A stretch of DNA of 60,627 nt, from positions 1 through 60,627 of the forward strand of contig JBKOUQ010000037.1 of assembly GCA_046723475.1 (NCBI GenBank), in the 5' to 3' direction. How positions within the stretch are numbered: the first letter of the stretch is position 1; each line of letters begins with the position of its first letter. Source of the DNA: Candidatus Methylomirabilota bacterium (lineage in GTDB: Bacteria; Methylomirabilota; Methylomirabilia; Rokubacteriales; CSP1-6). Position numbers and translations under genes: made by a program. Below the pieces are notes generated by a model. The model saw only the letters and a program-made list of their open reading frames with translations. It did not search any database and was not told the DNA's origin. This document shows positions 11,132 to 20,804 of this stretch, piece after piece.

Positions 11132-12342
11132 AGGACGACAAGATCGACACGAAGACGCTGATCGAGTGGTCGGCGACATACCACACCCCGAACTACGGCG
11201 GCCGCACGCCGATCGTGCTCGTCCGAGGCGAGGGCACGCGCGTGTGGGATTCCGACGGCCGCGAGTACCTCGACTTCACGACGGGGATCTCGGTGACCTC
11301 GCTCGGTCATTGCCATCCCGTCGTGACGGGCGCCATCCGCGAGGCAGCGGCGACGGTGCTGCACGTGTCGAACATCTTCCACGCCGCGCCGCAGATCCAT
11401 CTGGCAAAGCTGCTGGTCGAGCACTCGTTCGCCGATCGCGTGTTCTTCTGCAACTCCGGTGCGGAGGCCAACGAGGCGGCGCTGAAGCTGGCGCGAAAAT
11501 ACGGCAAAGAAAAGCTCGCCGACGACCGCTACGAGATCATCGCGACGAACAACTCGTTCCATGGCCGCACGCTGGCGACCGTCACCGCCACCGGGCAGCC
11601 GAAGTATCAGCACGGCTTCGAGCCGCTCATGCCCGGCTTCAAGCATGTGCCCTACAACGACCTGCGTGCGATGGAGCGCGCCATCGACAGCCACACGGCG
11701 GCGATTCTCGTGGAGCCGATCCAGGGCGAGGGCGGCGTGCACGTGCCCGACGACGACTATCTGCCCGGGCTCCGAAAGCTCTGTGACGAGTCGGGGGCAC
11801 TGCTGATCTTCGACGAGATCCAGACGGGTGTCGGTCGCACGGGCAAGCTGTGGGCGTACGAGCACGCGGGGGTTGAGCCCGACGTCATGACGCTCGCGAA
11901 GGCGCTCGCGAACGGCGTCCCGATCGGCGCGATGTTGTGCCGGAGCGACGCGGCGAGCGTGCTCACGGCCGGCTCGCACGGCTCGACGTTTGGTGGCACG
12001 CCCTTCGTCACCCAGGTCGCGCTCGCGACGCTGACGACGGTCATCGGCGACAAGCTCCCCGAGCGGGCCGCCCGGATGGGCCGCGAGCTCATGGACGCGC
12101 TGCGTGCTCTGCAGGCGTCGTGTCCGGTGATCAAGCAGGTCCGCGGCCGCGGACTTCTCGTCGGCGTCGAGCTCAGTACGGCTGCGGCGCCAGTGCTCGA
12201 CGCCTGCCGCGAGCAGGGCCTGCTCGTCCTGAGCGCGGGCGAGAAGGTGGTGCGGCTGGTGCCGCCGTTGATCGTGGAGTCCGCCGACATCCGGCGCGCC
12301 GTCGACGTGTTGAAAACGGTGCTCAGCAAGGCCGCCGCGTGA
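11128..12342 (+). CDS. argD: Acetylornithine aminotransferase (class III PLP)
   Basis: NSGAEANEAALK, SFHGRT, DEIQTG, TLAKAL, HGSTFGG; arg operon context. Confidence 0.93.
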   Translation: MKDDKIDTKTLIEWSATYHTPNYGGRTPIVLVRGEGTRVWDSDGREYLDFTTGISVTSLGHCHPVVTGAIREAAATVLHVSNIFHAAPQIHLAKLLVEHSFADRVFFCNSGAEANEAALKLARKYGKEKLADDRYEIIATNNSFHGRTLATVTATGQPKYQHGFEPLMPGFKHVPYNDLRAMERAIDSHTAAILVEPIQGEGGVHVPDDDYLPGLRKLCDESGALLIFDEIQTGVGRTGKLWAYEHAGVEPDVMTLAKALANGVPIGAMLCRSDAASVLTAGSHGSTFGGTPFVTQVALATLTTVIGDKLPERAARMGRELMDALRALQASCPVIKQVRGRGLLVGVELSTAAAPVLDACREQGLLVLSAGEKVVRLVPPLIVESADIRRAVDVLKTVLSKAAA

Positions 12343-13262
12343 AGCATTTCGTCTCCGCCGCCGACCTCACGCGCGAGCAGCTGCTCGGGCTCTTCGAGCT
12401 CGCGGCCGACCTGAAGCAACGCTGGAAGGAAGGGCGCCGCGGTGTCCCGCTCGCCGGCCGATCGCTGGCGCTGATCTTCGAAAAGCCCTCGCTCCGCACG
12501 CGGGTGACGTTCGAGGTCGGCGTCGTGCAGCTGGGCGGGCGCGCCGTGTACCTCTCGGGCCAGGAGATCGGGCTCGGCACGCGCGAGTCGGTGCCCGACG
12601 TCGCGCGCAACCTCTCGCGCTGGGTCGACGCGATCGTCGCGCGGGTGTTCGCCCACGCGACCGTCGACGCGCTGGCGCGCCACGCGAGCATCCCGGTCAT
12701 CAACGCGCTGTCCGACTTCGAGCATCCGTGTCAGGCGATTGCCGACTGGTTCACGCTCTGGCAGCGGGGGCTCGATCCCGGCAAGACGCGTCTGGCGTGG
12801 ATCGGCGACGGCAACAACGTCTGCCATTCGGTCGTGCTGGTGGGCGCGCTGCTCGGCGCGTCGATGATCGTCGCGTGTCCGCCGGGCTACGAGCCCGATC
12901 CCGACGTCCTGTTACAAGCCCGCCGGCTGGGCGGTCGCGTCGAGGTGACGGAGGACGCGAGGCGCGCGGCCACCGGGGCCGATGTCCTGTACACCGACGT
13001 CTGGACCTCGATGGGGCAGGAAGCTGAAAAGGTGGCGCGGCAGGAAGCGTTCAGCCGGTACCAGCTGAACGAGACGATCCTCGGGTTCGCCAAGCCGAGT
13101 GCCGTGGTCATGCACTGCTTGCCCGCCCACCGCGGCGAGGAGATCACCGACGCCGTGCTCGACGGTCCGCGGTCGATCGTGCTCGATCAGTCGGAAAACC
13201 GTCTGCACGCACAGAAGGCCGTCATCCTGGATCTGCTGGGAGGCTCGGCAGACGATGCCTGA
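12339..13262 (+). CDS. argF: Ornithine carbamoyltransferase
   Basis: [30 protein letters not shown]; GTG 12339 overlaps the argD stop. Confidence 0.95.
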   Translation: MKHFVSAADLTREQLLGLFELAADLKQRWKEGRRGVPLAGRSLALIFEKPSLRTRVTFEVGVVQLGGRAVYLSGQEIGLGTRESVPDVARNLSRWVDAIVARVFAHATVDALARHASIPVINALSDFEHPCQAIADWFTLWQRGLDPGKTRLAWIGDGNNVCHSVVLVGALLGASMIVACPPGYEPDPDVLLQARRLGGRVEVTEDARRAATGADVLYTDVWTSMGQEAEKVARQEAFSRYQLNETILGFAKPSAVVMHCLPAHRGEEITDAVLDGPRSIVLDQSENRLHAQKAVILDLLGGSADDA

Positions 13263-14460
13263 CGTCAAGCGCGTCGTCCTTGCGTATTCGGGTGGGCTCG
13301 ACACGAGCGTGATCCTGCGCTGGCTGATCGAGACCTATCGCTGTGACGTGGTCGCCTTCTGCGCGGATCTGGGACAGGGTGAGGAGCTGATCCCCATTCG
13401 CGACAAGGCGCTGAAGACCGGCGCCGTCGGCGTACACATCCTCGACCTGCGCGAGACGTTCGTGCGCGACTTCATCTTCCCGATGCTGCGCGCCAACGCG
13501 ATCTACGAGGGCGCGTACCTGCTCGGCACGTCGATCGCCCGGCCGCTGATCGCGCAGGCGCAGGTGGACGTCGCCTTGAAGGAGGGCGCCGATGCGGTCG
13601 CGCACGGGGCCACCGGCAAGGGCAATGACCAGGTCCGCTTCGAGCTGACGTATGCCGCCCTCGCGCCGGAGCTGACGGTCATCGCCCCGTGGCGCGAGTG
13701 GAACCTGAACTCACGCACGGCGCTCATGGATTTCGCGCGGCGCCACGACATCCCGGTGCCGGTGACGGCGGAGCGGCCGTACTCCACCGACCGCAACCTG
13801 TTCCACATCTCGTACGAGGGCGGCATCCTCGAGGACCCGTGGGCGGCGCCGCCCGACAAGATGTTCCAGCTCACGCAGTCGCCGGAGGCCGCCCCCGACA
13901 TCCCGATCGAGCTGATGATCGACTTCGAGGGTGGCGACCCCGTCGCCGTCGACGGCCGCCGGCTCGGCCCGGTCGAGCTGCTGACCACGGTCAATCGCAT
14001 CGGCGGCGAGCACGGCGTCGGGCGTGTCGACCTCGTCGAGAACCGCTACGTGGGCATGAAGTCACGCGGCGTGTACGAGACGCCGGGCGGCACCATCCTC
14101 CACGTCGCGCGCCGCGCGCTCGAGTCATTGACGCTGGACCGCGAGGTGCTGCACCTGCGCGACAGTCTCGTGCCGCGCTACGCCGAGATGATCTACTACG
14201 GCTTCTGGTTCGCTCCCGAGCGGCGTGCCCTGCAGACGCTCGTGGACGAGTGCGCGCAGGACGTCATCGGGACCGTGAGGCTCAAGCTCTACAAGGGCAA
14301 CATCACCGTCGTCGGCCGGCGGTCGCCGCGCTCCCTGTACCGCACCGACTTCGCCACGTTCGAGGCGGACACCGTCTACCGGCAGCGCGATGCCGAGGGG
14401 TTCATCAACCTCAACGCCCTGCGGCTGAAGATCCGCTCGCTGCGCGACCGCCGGTCCTGA
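13255..14460 (+). CDS. argG: Argininosuccinate synthase
   Basis: [40 protein letters not shown]. Confidence 0.98.
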   Translation: MPDVKRVVLAYSGGLDTSVILRWLIETYRCDVVAFCADLGQGEELIPIRDKALKTGAVGVHILDLRETFVRDFIFPMLRANAIYEGAYLLGTSIARPLIAQAQVDVALKEGADAVAHGATGKGNDQVRFELTYAALAPELTVIAPWREWNLNSRTALMDFARRHDIPVPVTAERPYSTDRNLFHISYEGGILEDPWAAPPDKMFQLTQSPEAAPDIPIELMIDFEGGDPVAVDGRRLGPVELLTTVNRIGGEHGVGRVDLVENRYVGMKSRGVYETPGGTILHVARRALESLTLDREVLHLRDSLVPRYAEMIYYGFWFAPERRALQTLVDECAQDVIGTVRLKLYKGNITVVGRRSPRSLYRTDFATFEADTVYRQRDAEGFINLNALRLKIRSLRDRRS

Positions 14461-14462
14461 GC

Positions 14463-15188
14463 GTGCAGGTCGACGTCGCCGTCACCCCCGACGGCCTCGA
14501 CGAGAGCGCCATCCCGACGTCGGCCGTGCTCGTCATCGATGTCCTGCGCGCGGCCACGTGCATCGTCACCGCACTCGCGAACGGCTGCGCCGGCATCGTG
14601 CCCGTGGCGGCGCCCGAGGAGGCGCGCACGCGGCTGGCCGCGCTGCCGGGAGCGCTGGTGGCCGGCGAGCGGCGCGGCGAGCCTCTCCAGGGCTTCGACC
14701 TGGGCAACTCCCCGCTCGAGTTCACGCGCGAGCGGATCGCCGGCCGCACCGTCGTCATGACGACGAGCAACGGCACCCGTGCGTTACTCGCCGCCCGGGA
14801 TGCCGCGGCCATCGGCGTCGCCGCGTTCGTCAACCTGGGCGCGGCGGCGGCGTGGGCGCTCACCGCCCGCCGCAACGTGCTCCTGCTGTGCTCGGGGGAG
14901 CGCGGGGCCCGGTCGCTGGAGGATTACGTCTGTGCGGGCTTGCTGGCCGAGCGGCTCGTCGCCGGTGAGCCTGCGGCGCGCGCCACACCGGCGGCGGAGG
15001 GGGCGATCGCCGCCGCTCGGCCCTACGGTAAGGACGTCGCGAGGCTCGCACAGGAGTCGTCCTGGGCCCGGCACCTGGCCTCGCGCGGCCGCGGGCGTGA
15101 CGTGGCCGCGTGCCTCACCCTGGACAGCATGAGTGTCGTGCCGGTGTACCGGCGCGACGTTGACAAGATCGTCGGCGGGCACGGATAA
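14463..15188 (+). CDS. comB: 2-phosphosulfolactate phosphatase family protein (ComB)
   Basis: VIDVLRAAT, GERRG, FDLGNSP, TTSNGT, SLED motifs. Confidence 0.9.
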   Translation: MQVDVAVTPDGLDESAIPTSAVLVIDVLRAATCIVTALANGCAGIVPVAAPEEARTRLAALPGALVAGERRGEPLQGFDLGNSPLEFTRERIAGRTVVMTTSNGTRALLAARDAAAIGVAAFVNLGAAAAWALTARRNVLLLCSGERGARSLEDYVCAGLLAERLVAGEPAARATPAAEGAIAAARPYGKDVARLAQESSWARHLASRGRGRDVAACLTLDSMSVVPVYRRDVDKIVGGHG

Positions 15189-15225
15189 TGACGCCGCCCA
15201 TAGCCGGGGCCAGCGGGAGCGAAGC

Positions 15226-15791
15226 GTGAACTTACCGATAGGGCTGACCCTGACGCGGATCGTTGCGGTCCCGCTGCTGATCCTCTTCCTCATCTCCAGC
15301 TCGCGAGTGCATGCACTGATCGCCGCGGCGATCTTCACGGCCGCCGCCCTCACCGACTGGCTCGACGGCGTGCTGGCCCGGCGGCGCAACCAGGTGACGA
15401 CGCTCGGAACGCTGCTGGACCCGATCGCCGACAAGCTGCTCGTGGCCGCGGCGCTGGTGTCGCTGCTGACGATCGACAAGATCGCCGCGTGGGTCGTGGT
15501 CGTCGTGATCGGCCGTGAGCTCGCCGTGACGGGCCTGCGAGCGGTGTCGGCGGGCCACGGCGTGATCGTCCCCGCCTCGCGGCTGGCGAAGTGGAAGACG
15601 GTGAGTCAGTACGTGGCCGTGACGATGCTCATCCTCGAGAAGGGCATCATCGCGCCGACGTTCCACGGCGTGGCGATCGGCGTGCTCTGGGTGGCCGTGG
15701 CGCTGACGGTTGTGTCGGCTGTCGATTACTTCTACCGGTTCTTCCGCAAGGCGGATTACCGAGCGATCGTACCCGAGGAAGAACGCTGGTC

Positions 15792-15795
<4 letters not shown>
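15226..15795 (+). CDS. pgsA: CDP-diacylglycerol--glycerol-3-phosphate 3-phosphatidyltransferase
   Basis: TDWLDGVLARRRNQVTTLGTLLDPIADK CDP-alcohol phosphotransferase motif. Confidence 0.95.
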
Positions 15796-16405
<610 letters not shown>

Positions 16406-16409
<4 letters not shown>

Positions 16410-17410
16410 TCGCCGTCGTCGGCGCCGGCTCGTGGGGGACCGCGCTGACGATCCACCTGGCGCGCACCGGCATGCCCGTGCGGCTCTGGGCCCGCGAGGT
16501 CGAGATCGTGGACGGCATCCGCGCCCGGCGGCGTAACCCGCTCTACCTTCCCGACTTCGACGTCCCGCCCGACGTCGAGGTCACCGACGACGTCGCGGCC
16601 GTCGTCGACGAAGCCGACGTCATCGTCATCGTCGTGCCCTCGGAGTTCTTTGCGGCCACGCTGGCGAAGGTGCCGGCACGGCCGGGAGCGGTGATCGTCT
16701 CCGCGACCAAGGGGTTCGACCCCGTGCGCCACGTCCGCATGAGCGAGCTCGTGCGCGAGCATTTTCCGCACGCGCGCGTCGCCGCGCTTTCGGGCCCGAC
16801 GTTCGCCCGCGAGGTGGCGGCCGGCCAGCCGACCGCCGCCGTCATCGCGGCCGGCGACGACGCGCTGGCGGCGACGCTGCAGGGGAGGCTCGGCGCGCGC
16901 GCCTTCCGCCTCTATGCCAACCGCGACGTCGTGGGCGTCGAGGCCGGTGGCGCGCTGAAAAACGTGATCGCGCTCGCGACCGGGCTGTCGGACGGTCTGG
17001 GTCTCGGAGAGAACGCGCGCGCCGCGCTCATCACGCGCGGCCTTGCGGAGATGACGCGCCTGGCGGTTGCACTCGGCGGCGAACCGGCGACGCTGGCCGG
17101 CCTGGCTGGCATGGGCGACCTCGTGCTCACCGCGACGGGAACGCTGTCGCGCAACCGCTCGCTCGGCATGGCGCTGGCGCGCGGCGACAGCCTGAGCGCC
17201 GCGTCCGCGAAGACGCTGATGGTCGCCGAAGGCGTGCCCACGGTCCGCTCGGCCGTCGCGCTGGCCGCCCGCCACCGCGTGTCGCTCCCGATCTGCACCG
17301 AAGTCGCGGCCGTGCTGTTCGACGGCAAGCCGCCTGCGGAGGCGCTGGCCACGCTGCTGGGTCGCACCCCCACCCGAGAAGACGCGCCGCTAGAGGGCCG
17401 CCGTGCCTGA
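16406..17410 (+). CDS. gpsA: NAD(P)H-dependent glycerol-3-phosphate dehydrogenase
   Basis: GAGSWGTAL, SGPTFA, GGALKNVIA, GDLVLTA..SRN. Confidence 0.96.
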
Positions 17411-18401
17411 GCTGCGCAAGGATCCCGTCGTCGGCCGCTGGGTGATCATCTCTACCGAGCGCGCCCGCCGCCCGTCGGACTTCAACACCGAGCCCGTGCG
17501 TGCGCGCGGCGGTCCGTGCGTATTCTGCACGGGCAACGAGGACAAGACGCCGCCCGAGATCGTCGCCGTGCGGCCGTCCGACACGCGTCGCGACGGGCCC
17601 GGCTGGTCGCTGCGCGTCGTCGCGAACAAGTTTCCCGCGCTGCGCATCGAGGGCGATCTGGAGCCGGCGGGTGAAGGGCTCTACGACCGCATGAACGGCG
17701 TTGGCGCCCACGAGGTCGTGATCGAGACGCCCGACCACAGCGCGTCGCTTGCCACGCTCCCCGTCGACGCCGTCGCCGATGTGTTCCTCACGTTCCGTGA
17801 CCGCATCGTCGATCTCAAGAAGGATCCGCGCTTCGAGTACGTGCTCGTCTTCAAGAACCACGGCGAGGCGGCCGGTGCATCGCTCGAGCACCCGCACAGT
17901 CAGCTCATCGCGACGCCGATCATCCCGATCATGGTGAGCGAAGAGCTGAGCGGCTCGCAGGCGTACTGGAATCGCAAGGAGCGCTGCGTCTGGTGTGACG
18001 TCATTCGGCAGGACCGGCGCGATCGGCGCCGCGTCGTGGCCGAGGCAGGTGGATTCATCGCGCTGGAGCCGTTCGCGCCGCGATTTCCGTTCGAGACGTG
18101 GGTGCTGCCGGTCCGCCACGGCTCGGCGTTCGAGGACTCCGGCGTCGAGGAGCTGCGGGGGCTGGCGGAGATGGTGGGCACGGTGCTGCGACGCATGAAC
18201 GGCACGCTCGGCTCGCCGCCGTTCAACTTCATGCTGCACACCGCGCCGCTGCGCGACGGCGCGCTCGATCACTTCCACTGGCACCTGGAGATCATTCCGA
18301 AGCTCACGCGCATCGCGGGTTACGAGTGGGGCAGCGGCTTCTTCATCAATCCCGCGCCGCCGGAGGATGCGGCGGAGGCGCTGCGCGCCGCCGTGCCGTG
18401 A
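17403..18401 (+). CDS. galT: Galactose-1-phosphate uridylyltransferase family
   Basis: ELRKDP, CVFC, NKFPAL, GASLEHPHSQ. Confidence 0.93.
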   Translation: MPELRKDPVVGRWVIISTERARRPSDFNTEPVRARGGPCVFCTGNEDKTPPEIVAVRPSDTRRDGPGWSLRVVANKFPALRIEGDLEPAGEGLYDRMNGVGAHEVVIETPDHSASLATLPVDAVADVFLTFRDRIVDLKKDPRFEYVLVFKNHGEAAGASLEHPHSQLIATPIIPIMVSEELSGSQAYWNRKERCVWCDVIRQDRRDRRRVVAEAGGFIALEPFAPRFPFETWVLPVRHGSAFEDSGVEELRGLAEMVGTVLRRMNGTLGSPPFNFMLHTAPLRDGALDHFHWHLEIIPKLTRIAGYEWGSGFFINPAPPEDAAEALRAAVP

Positions 18402-18426
18402 CGCGGCGGAGGCGCATGACGCGGCG

Positions 18427-18435
18427 TGGTACAAT
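18427..18435 (+). promoter_or_regulatory. Extended -10 promoter (TGgTACAAT) for tRNA-Gly
   Basis: TGnTACAAT ends 14 nt before the tRNA 5' end. Confidence 0.65.
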
Positions 18436-18449
18436 CGCCCCGCTGGCAC

Positions 18450-18524
<75 letters not shown>

Positions 18525-18540
18525 GCAAAATCCCCGTGCG

Positions 18541-18637
18541 CTGAGTCTATGCAGCTTTGCGTTGGATCGCGGGCTGAGTCGACGCGGCCTTGCGTTGGAT
18601 CGACGCGCTCAGCCTACGCCGCTTTGCGCTGGATCGG
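18541..18637. repeat. Three degenerate tandem copies (periods 33 and 34 bp) of the 3' end of the zinc-ribbon gene
   Basis: Units begin at 18541, 18574 and 18608 with shared core gcYttgcgYtggatcg; on the minus strand each reads IQRKAA. Confidence 0.88.
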
Positions 18638-18793
18638 CCGGTCGTAGAACGACTTGCCGCACTCCGTGCAGCGATAGACGCGCCACCCCAGCAGGCGCGC
18701 CAGGCGATCCGCGACGCGGCGTCGCGGAATCCGTTGCACGTCGTCGGAAGCACAGCGAGGACATCGATGCTCACGCCGGTTGACAGCTGACAT
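18614..18793 (-). CDS. Small zinc-ribbon protein, 59 aa (absent from the ORF track)
   Basis: Hand translation: MSAVNRREHRCPRCASDDVQRIPRRRVADRLARLLGWRVYRCTECGKSFYDRPIQRKAA*. Two CxxC motifs; minus-strand TGgTATCAT at 18818-18810. Confidence 0.8.
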   Translation of the reverse strand: MSAVNRREHRCPRCASDDVQRIPRRRVADRLARLLGWRVYRCTECGKSFYDRPIQRKAA

Positions 18794-18824
18794 CGGAACA
18801 ACTGATCCAATGATACCAGCGATC

Positions 18825-19859
18825 GTGAGCCGCGTTCAGGCCCCGTTTTTCGCCGTGTCGATCGTCGTCATCTCCGGGTGTGCAAGCATGCCGCCCGGTG
18901 CGCGCAAAGCGGGTGCCCCGGCCACACCACCGCCACGAGCCGCCAAAGCCGTACCGCCGCCCTCCGATATCGCGCCGGCTCCGTTACGACCGACGGTCAC
19001 GCTGAGCATTACCAAAGCGACGACCTATTACCCCGTGCACGGGGCGACGACGACGGCGATCTTCGAGCAGATCAACGCGCAGCGCCTCCTCGAGCGGAAT
19101 GGCGAGCATGCCTCGGGACTCACGTCGGCGACTTCCGATATGAGGCTCCGAATGGTCAGCGATGAGAGCCGAGCGGTCTGCACGCCGCTAGAGGTGGCGC
19201 TCACGCTCGACCTCGTCGTCACGCTCCCGCGGCACGAGAGCCCCGACGAGCTCCCGCGCGATGTGCGAGAACGATGGAACCACTTCGTCGCGCGCGTCGC
19301 GGCACACGAGCAACGACACGTCGATATCTCGGTTGACGGCGTCACCGCGGTGAAAGCGCGTATCGAGGCCGACCTCAACGAGTCGGCGTCCTGCGTCGAT
19401 CTGGAGACGACGGTCCGTCGGTTATGGACCGGCCAGCAGGCGCAGACGGAAAAGGCGCAGGACGAGTTCGACGCCGAAGACCGAGCGAAGATCGACAACG
19501 ACCGGAAGCCGCTCCAGAGCGCGATCGACATGCGGAACGCGCGGCTTGCCGCCCTGGCTGCCGAAGTCGGACAGCTCGACGCGGCACTTGCGGACCTCGG
19601 TCGCCGGGCCGGTGCGATGCGCCAGAGCATCGACACCGTCAAAACGCGGATCGCGAAGGCGGGGGGCACGTGTTCGCGACCGACAACGGACCGGACCGTT
19701 GCGCTTTGCCGCCAGCACAACGCACTCGTCGTCAGTCACAATGCGCTGGTCGCAGACCAGTCGTCGCTGCTCGCCGATCGGAACAGGCTCGCGGGCGAGC
19801 ACGATGAATTGGCACGGGACATCAACCGGCTCGTCGAGACACTGAACTGGGTCCGATAA
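18825..19859 (+). CDS. DUF922-like predicted Zn-dependent protease lipoprotein with C-terminal coiled coil
   Basis: Lipobox ISGC, Pro-rich linker, YYPVHGAT, HEQRH (HExxH), heptad-rich tail. Start is GTG 18825 or ATG 18810. Confidence 0.75.
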   Translation: MSRVQAPFFAVSIVVISGCASMPPGARKAGAPATPPPRAAKAVPPPSDIAPAPLRPTVTLSITKATTYYPVHGATTTAIFEQINAQRLLERNGEHASGLTSATSDMRLRMVSDESRAVCTPLEVALTLDLVVTLPRHESPDELPRDVRERWNHFVARVAAHEQRHVDISVDGVTAVKARIEADLNESASCVDLETTVRRLWTGQQAQTEKAQDEFDAEDRAKIDNDRKPLQSAIDMRNARLAALAAEVGQLDAALADLGRRAGAMRQSIDTVKTRIAKAGGTCSRPTTDRTVALCRQHNALVVSHNALVADQSSLLADRNRLAGEHDELARDINRLVETLNWVR

Positions 19860-19863
19860 ACGA

Positions 19864-19909
19864 TCGGAGCGCACGAACGTCGCATGCCGCTCCGACCGCG
19901 CATGCGACG
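19864..19909. other. Two interleaved perfect inverted repeats (H-type pseudoknot geometry)
   Basis: tcggagcg 19864-71 pairs with cgctccga 19888-95; cgtcgcatgc 19878-87 pairs with gcatgcgacg 19900-09. Confidence 0.55.
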
Positions 19910-19948
19910 GCGAGCGGTGTGGTATAAGTATCCGTCCTGCCTGGCTAC

Positions 19949-20024
19949 GGCGGCGTACCCAAGTGGTTAAGGGAGCGGACTGCAAATCCGTTATGCGCCG
20001 GTTCGAATCCGGCCGCCGCCTCCA
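19949..20024 (+). tRNA. tRNA-Cys (GCA)
   Basis: Acceptor GGCGGCG/CGCCGCC; anticodon GCA at 19982-84; T-loop TTCGAAT; U73 and CCA. TGgTATAAG upstream at 19920-28. Confidence 0.97.
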
Positions 20025-20042
20025 CTTCTTTCCCGCGATTTC

Positions 20043-20588
20043 TCACGCAGCGCGATCGCGCACGGCGCTGACGATGAGCGCGACAAGCGCGTGCTCGTCG
20101 AGCTCCTCGATGGCGAGATCGTCGGCGAGTTCGTACGCACGCGCGATCGTCCGCAGGTGCAGCGGAGCGAGCGCCGCCAGCCGACGACGCAGGAGCGTTT
20201 CACCCTCCGCGTAAACCGCAAACGGATCGAGGATTGGCTCGGCCGGCGTATGGACGGCGACGCCATCGATCGTTCGGGGTGCCGGGGCGTCGTACGCCGG
20301 CGGCGGCGGTGGCGCGGTCGCGGCTTCCAGCGGCGGATTCAGCGTCCGCTCGAGCGCCCCCTCGAGATAGACGCGCGTGAGCCCGCTTGCCCAGTACGCG
20401 AGATCCTGCAGCTTCGGCTGCGTCGTTTCACGCGCCGATCGGAGCACGGGCGTGCCGTCGGACGGCACGAACTCGAGCCAGCCTTCCCAGAGCCCGTCGG
20501 AGCGCTGACGGCCGCAGCTGCGTGACGTGTACGCGTGGCCATCGTGTGTCGCGAGCATGTGTGGGTACGTCGCAATGACGTGTGCCAT
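20043..20588 (-). CDS. Conserved-looking hypothetical protein (181 aa)
   Basis: ATG 20588 (the longer ORF would cross tRNA-Leu); globular block GLWEGWLEF...RETTQP...LAYWASGL..VYLEGALER, Pro linker, helical C-terminus. Confidence 0.75.
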   Translation of the reverse strand: MAHVIATYPHMLATHDGHAYTSRSCGRQRSDGLWEGWLEFVPSDGTPVLRSARETTQPKLQDLAYWASGLTRVYLEGALERTLNPPLEAATAPPPPPAYDAPAPRTIDGVAVHTPAEPILDPFAVYAEGETLLRRRLAALAPLHLRTIARAYELADDLAIEELDEHALVALIVSAVRDRAA

Positions 20589-20659
20589 ACGAGGCCGGCT
20601 CGCAAACGCCGTGCCGTCGGCGATCGATTCGCCGGGCGCCGAGATACAATCATATCGAC

Positions 20660-20745
20660 GGGGGCGTGGCGTAACGGCAGCCGCCGAAGACTTAAAATCT
20701 TCTGTCCGAAAGGACGTGCAGGTTCGAGTCCTGCCGCCCCCACCA
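20660..20745 (+). tRNA. tRNA-Leu (TAA)
   Basis: Acceptor GGGGGCG/CGCCCCC; anticodon arm GAAGA-CTTAAAA-TCTTC; long variable arm; CCA. TACAAT at 20645-50. Confidence 0.96.
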
Positions 20746-20804
20746 TCATCCAACATGCGACGTTTCTTGGACGAATAGCGGCCGGACAGGTATCGTAGTG
20801 CGTC

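Noticed and set aside
12339-13262. SLRT motif suggesting an N-acetyl/succinylornithine transcarbamylase
   Set aside because: The SMG loop (DVWTSMGQE) and HCLPAHRG are of the canonical OTC type.
18541-18637. Repeat triplet as a mini-CRISPR or tRNA att site
   Set aside because: No unique spacers, no similarity to the tRNA 3' ends, and it matches the tail of the zinc-ribbon gene.
18547-18810. 87-aa minus-strand ORF in the track
   Set aside because: The overlapping alternative frame encodes a clear CxxC...CxxC protein; this frame has no motif apart from the repeat tails.
19857-19970. Pseudoknot-stimulated stop-codon readthrough of the DUF922 gene
   Set aside because: The extension would run through the tRNA-Cys promoter into the tRNA, and the stop is TAA.
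20660-20745. bldA-like regulation by the rare tRNA-Leu(UAA)
   Set aside because: TTA codons occur in core genes (argF 12912, pgsA 15232, korB 40892), which argues against a conditional tRNA.
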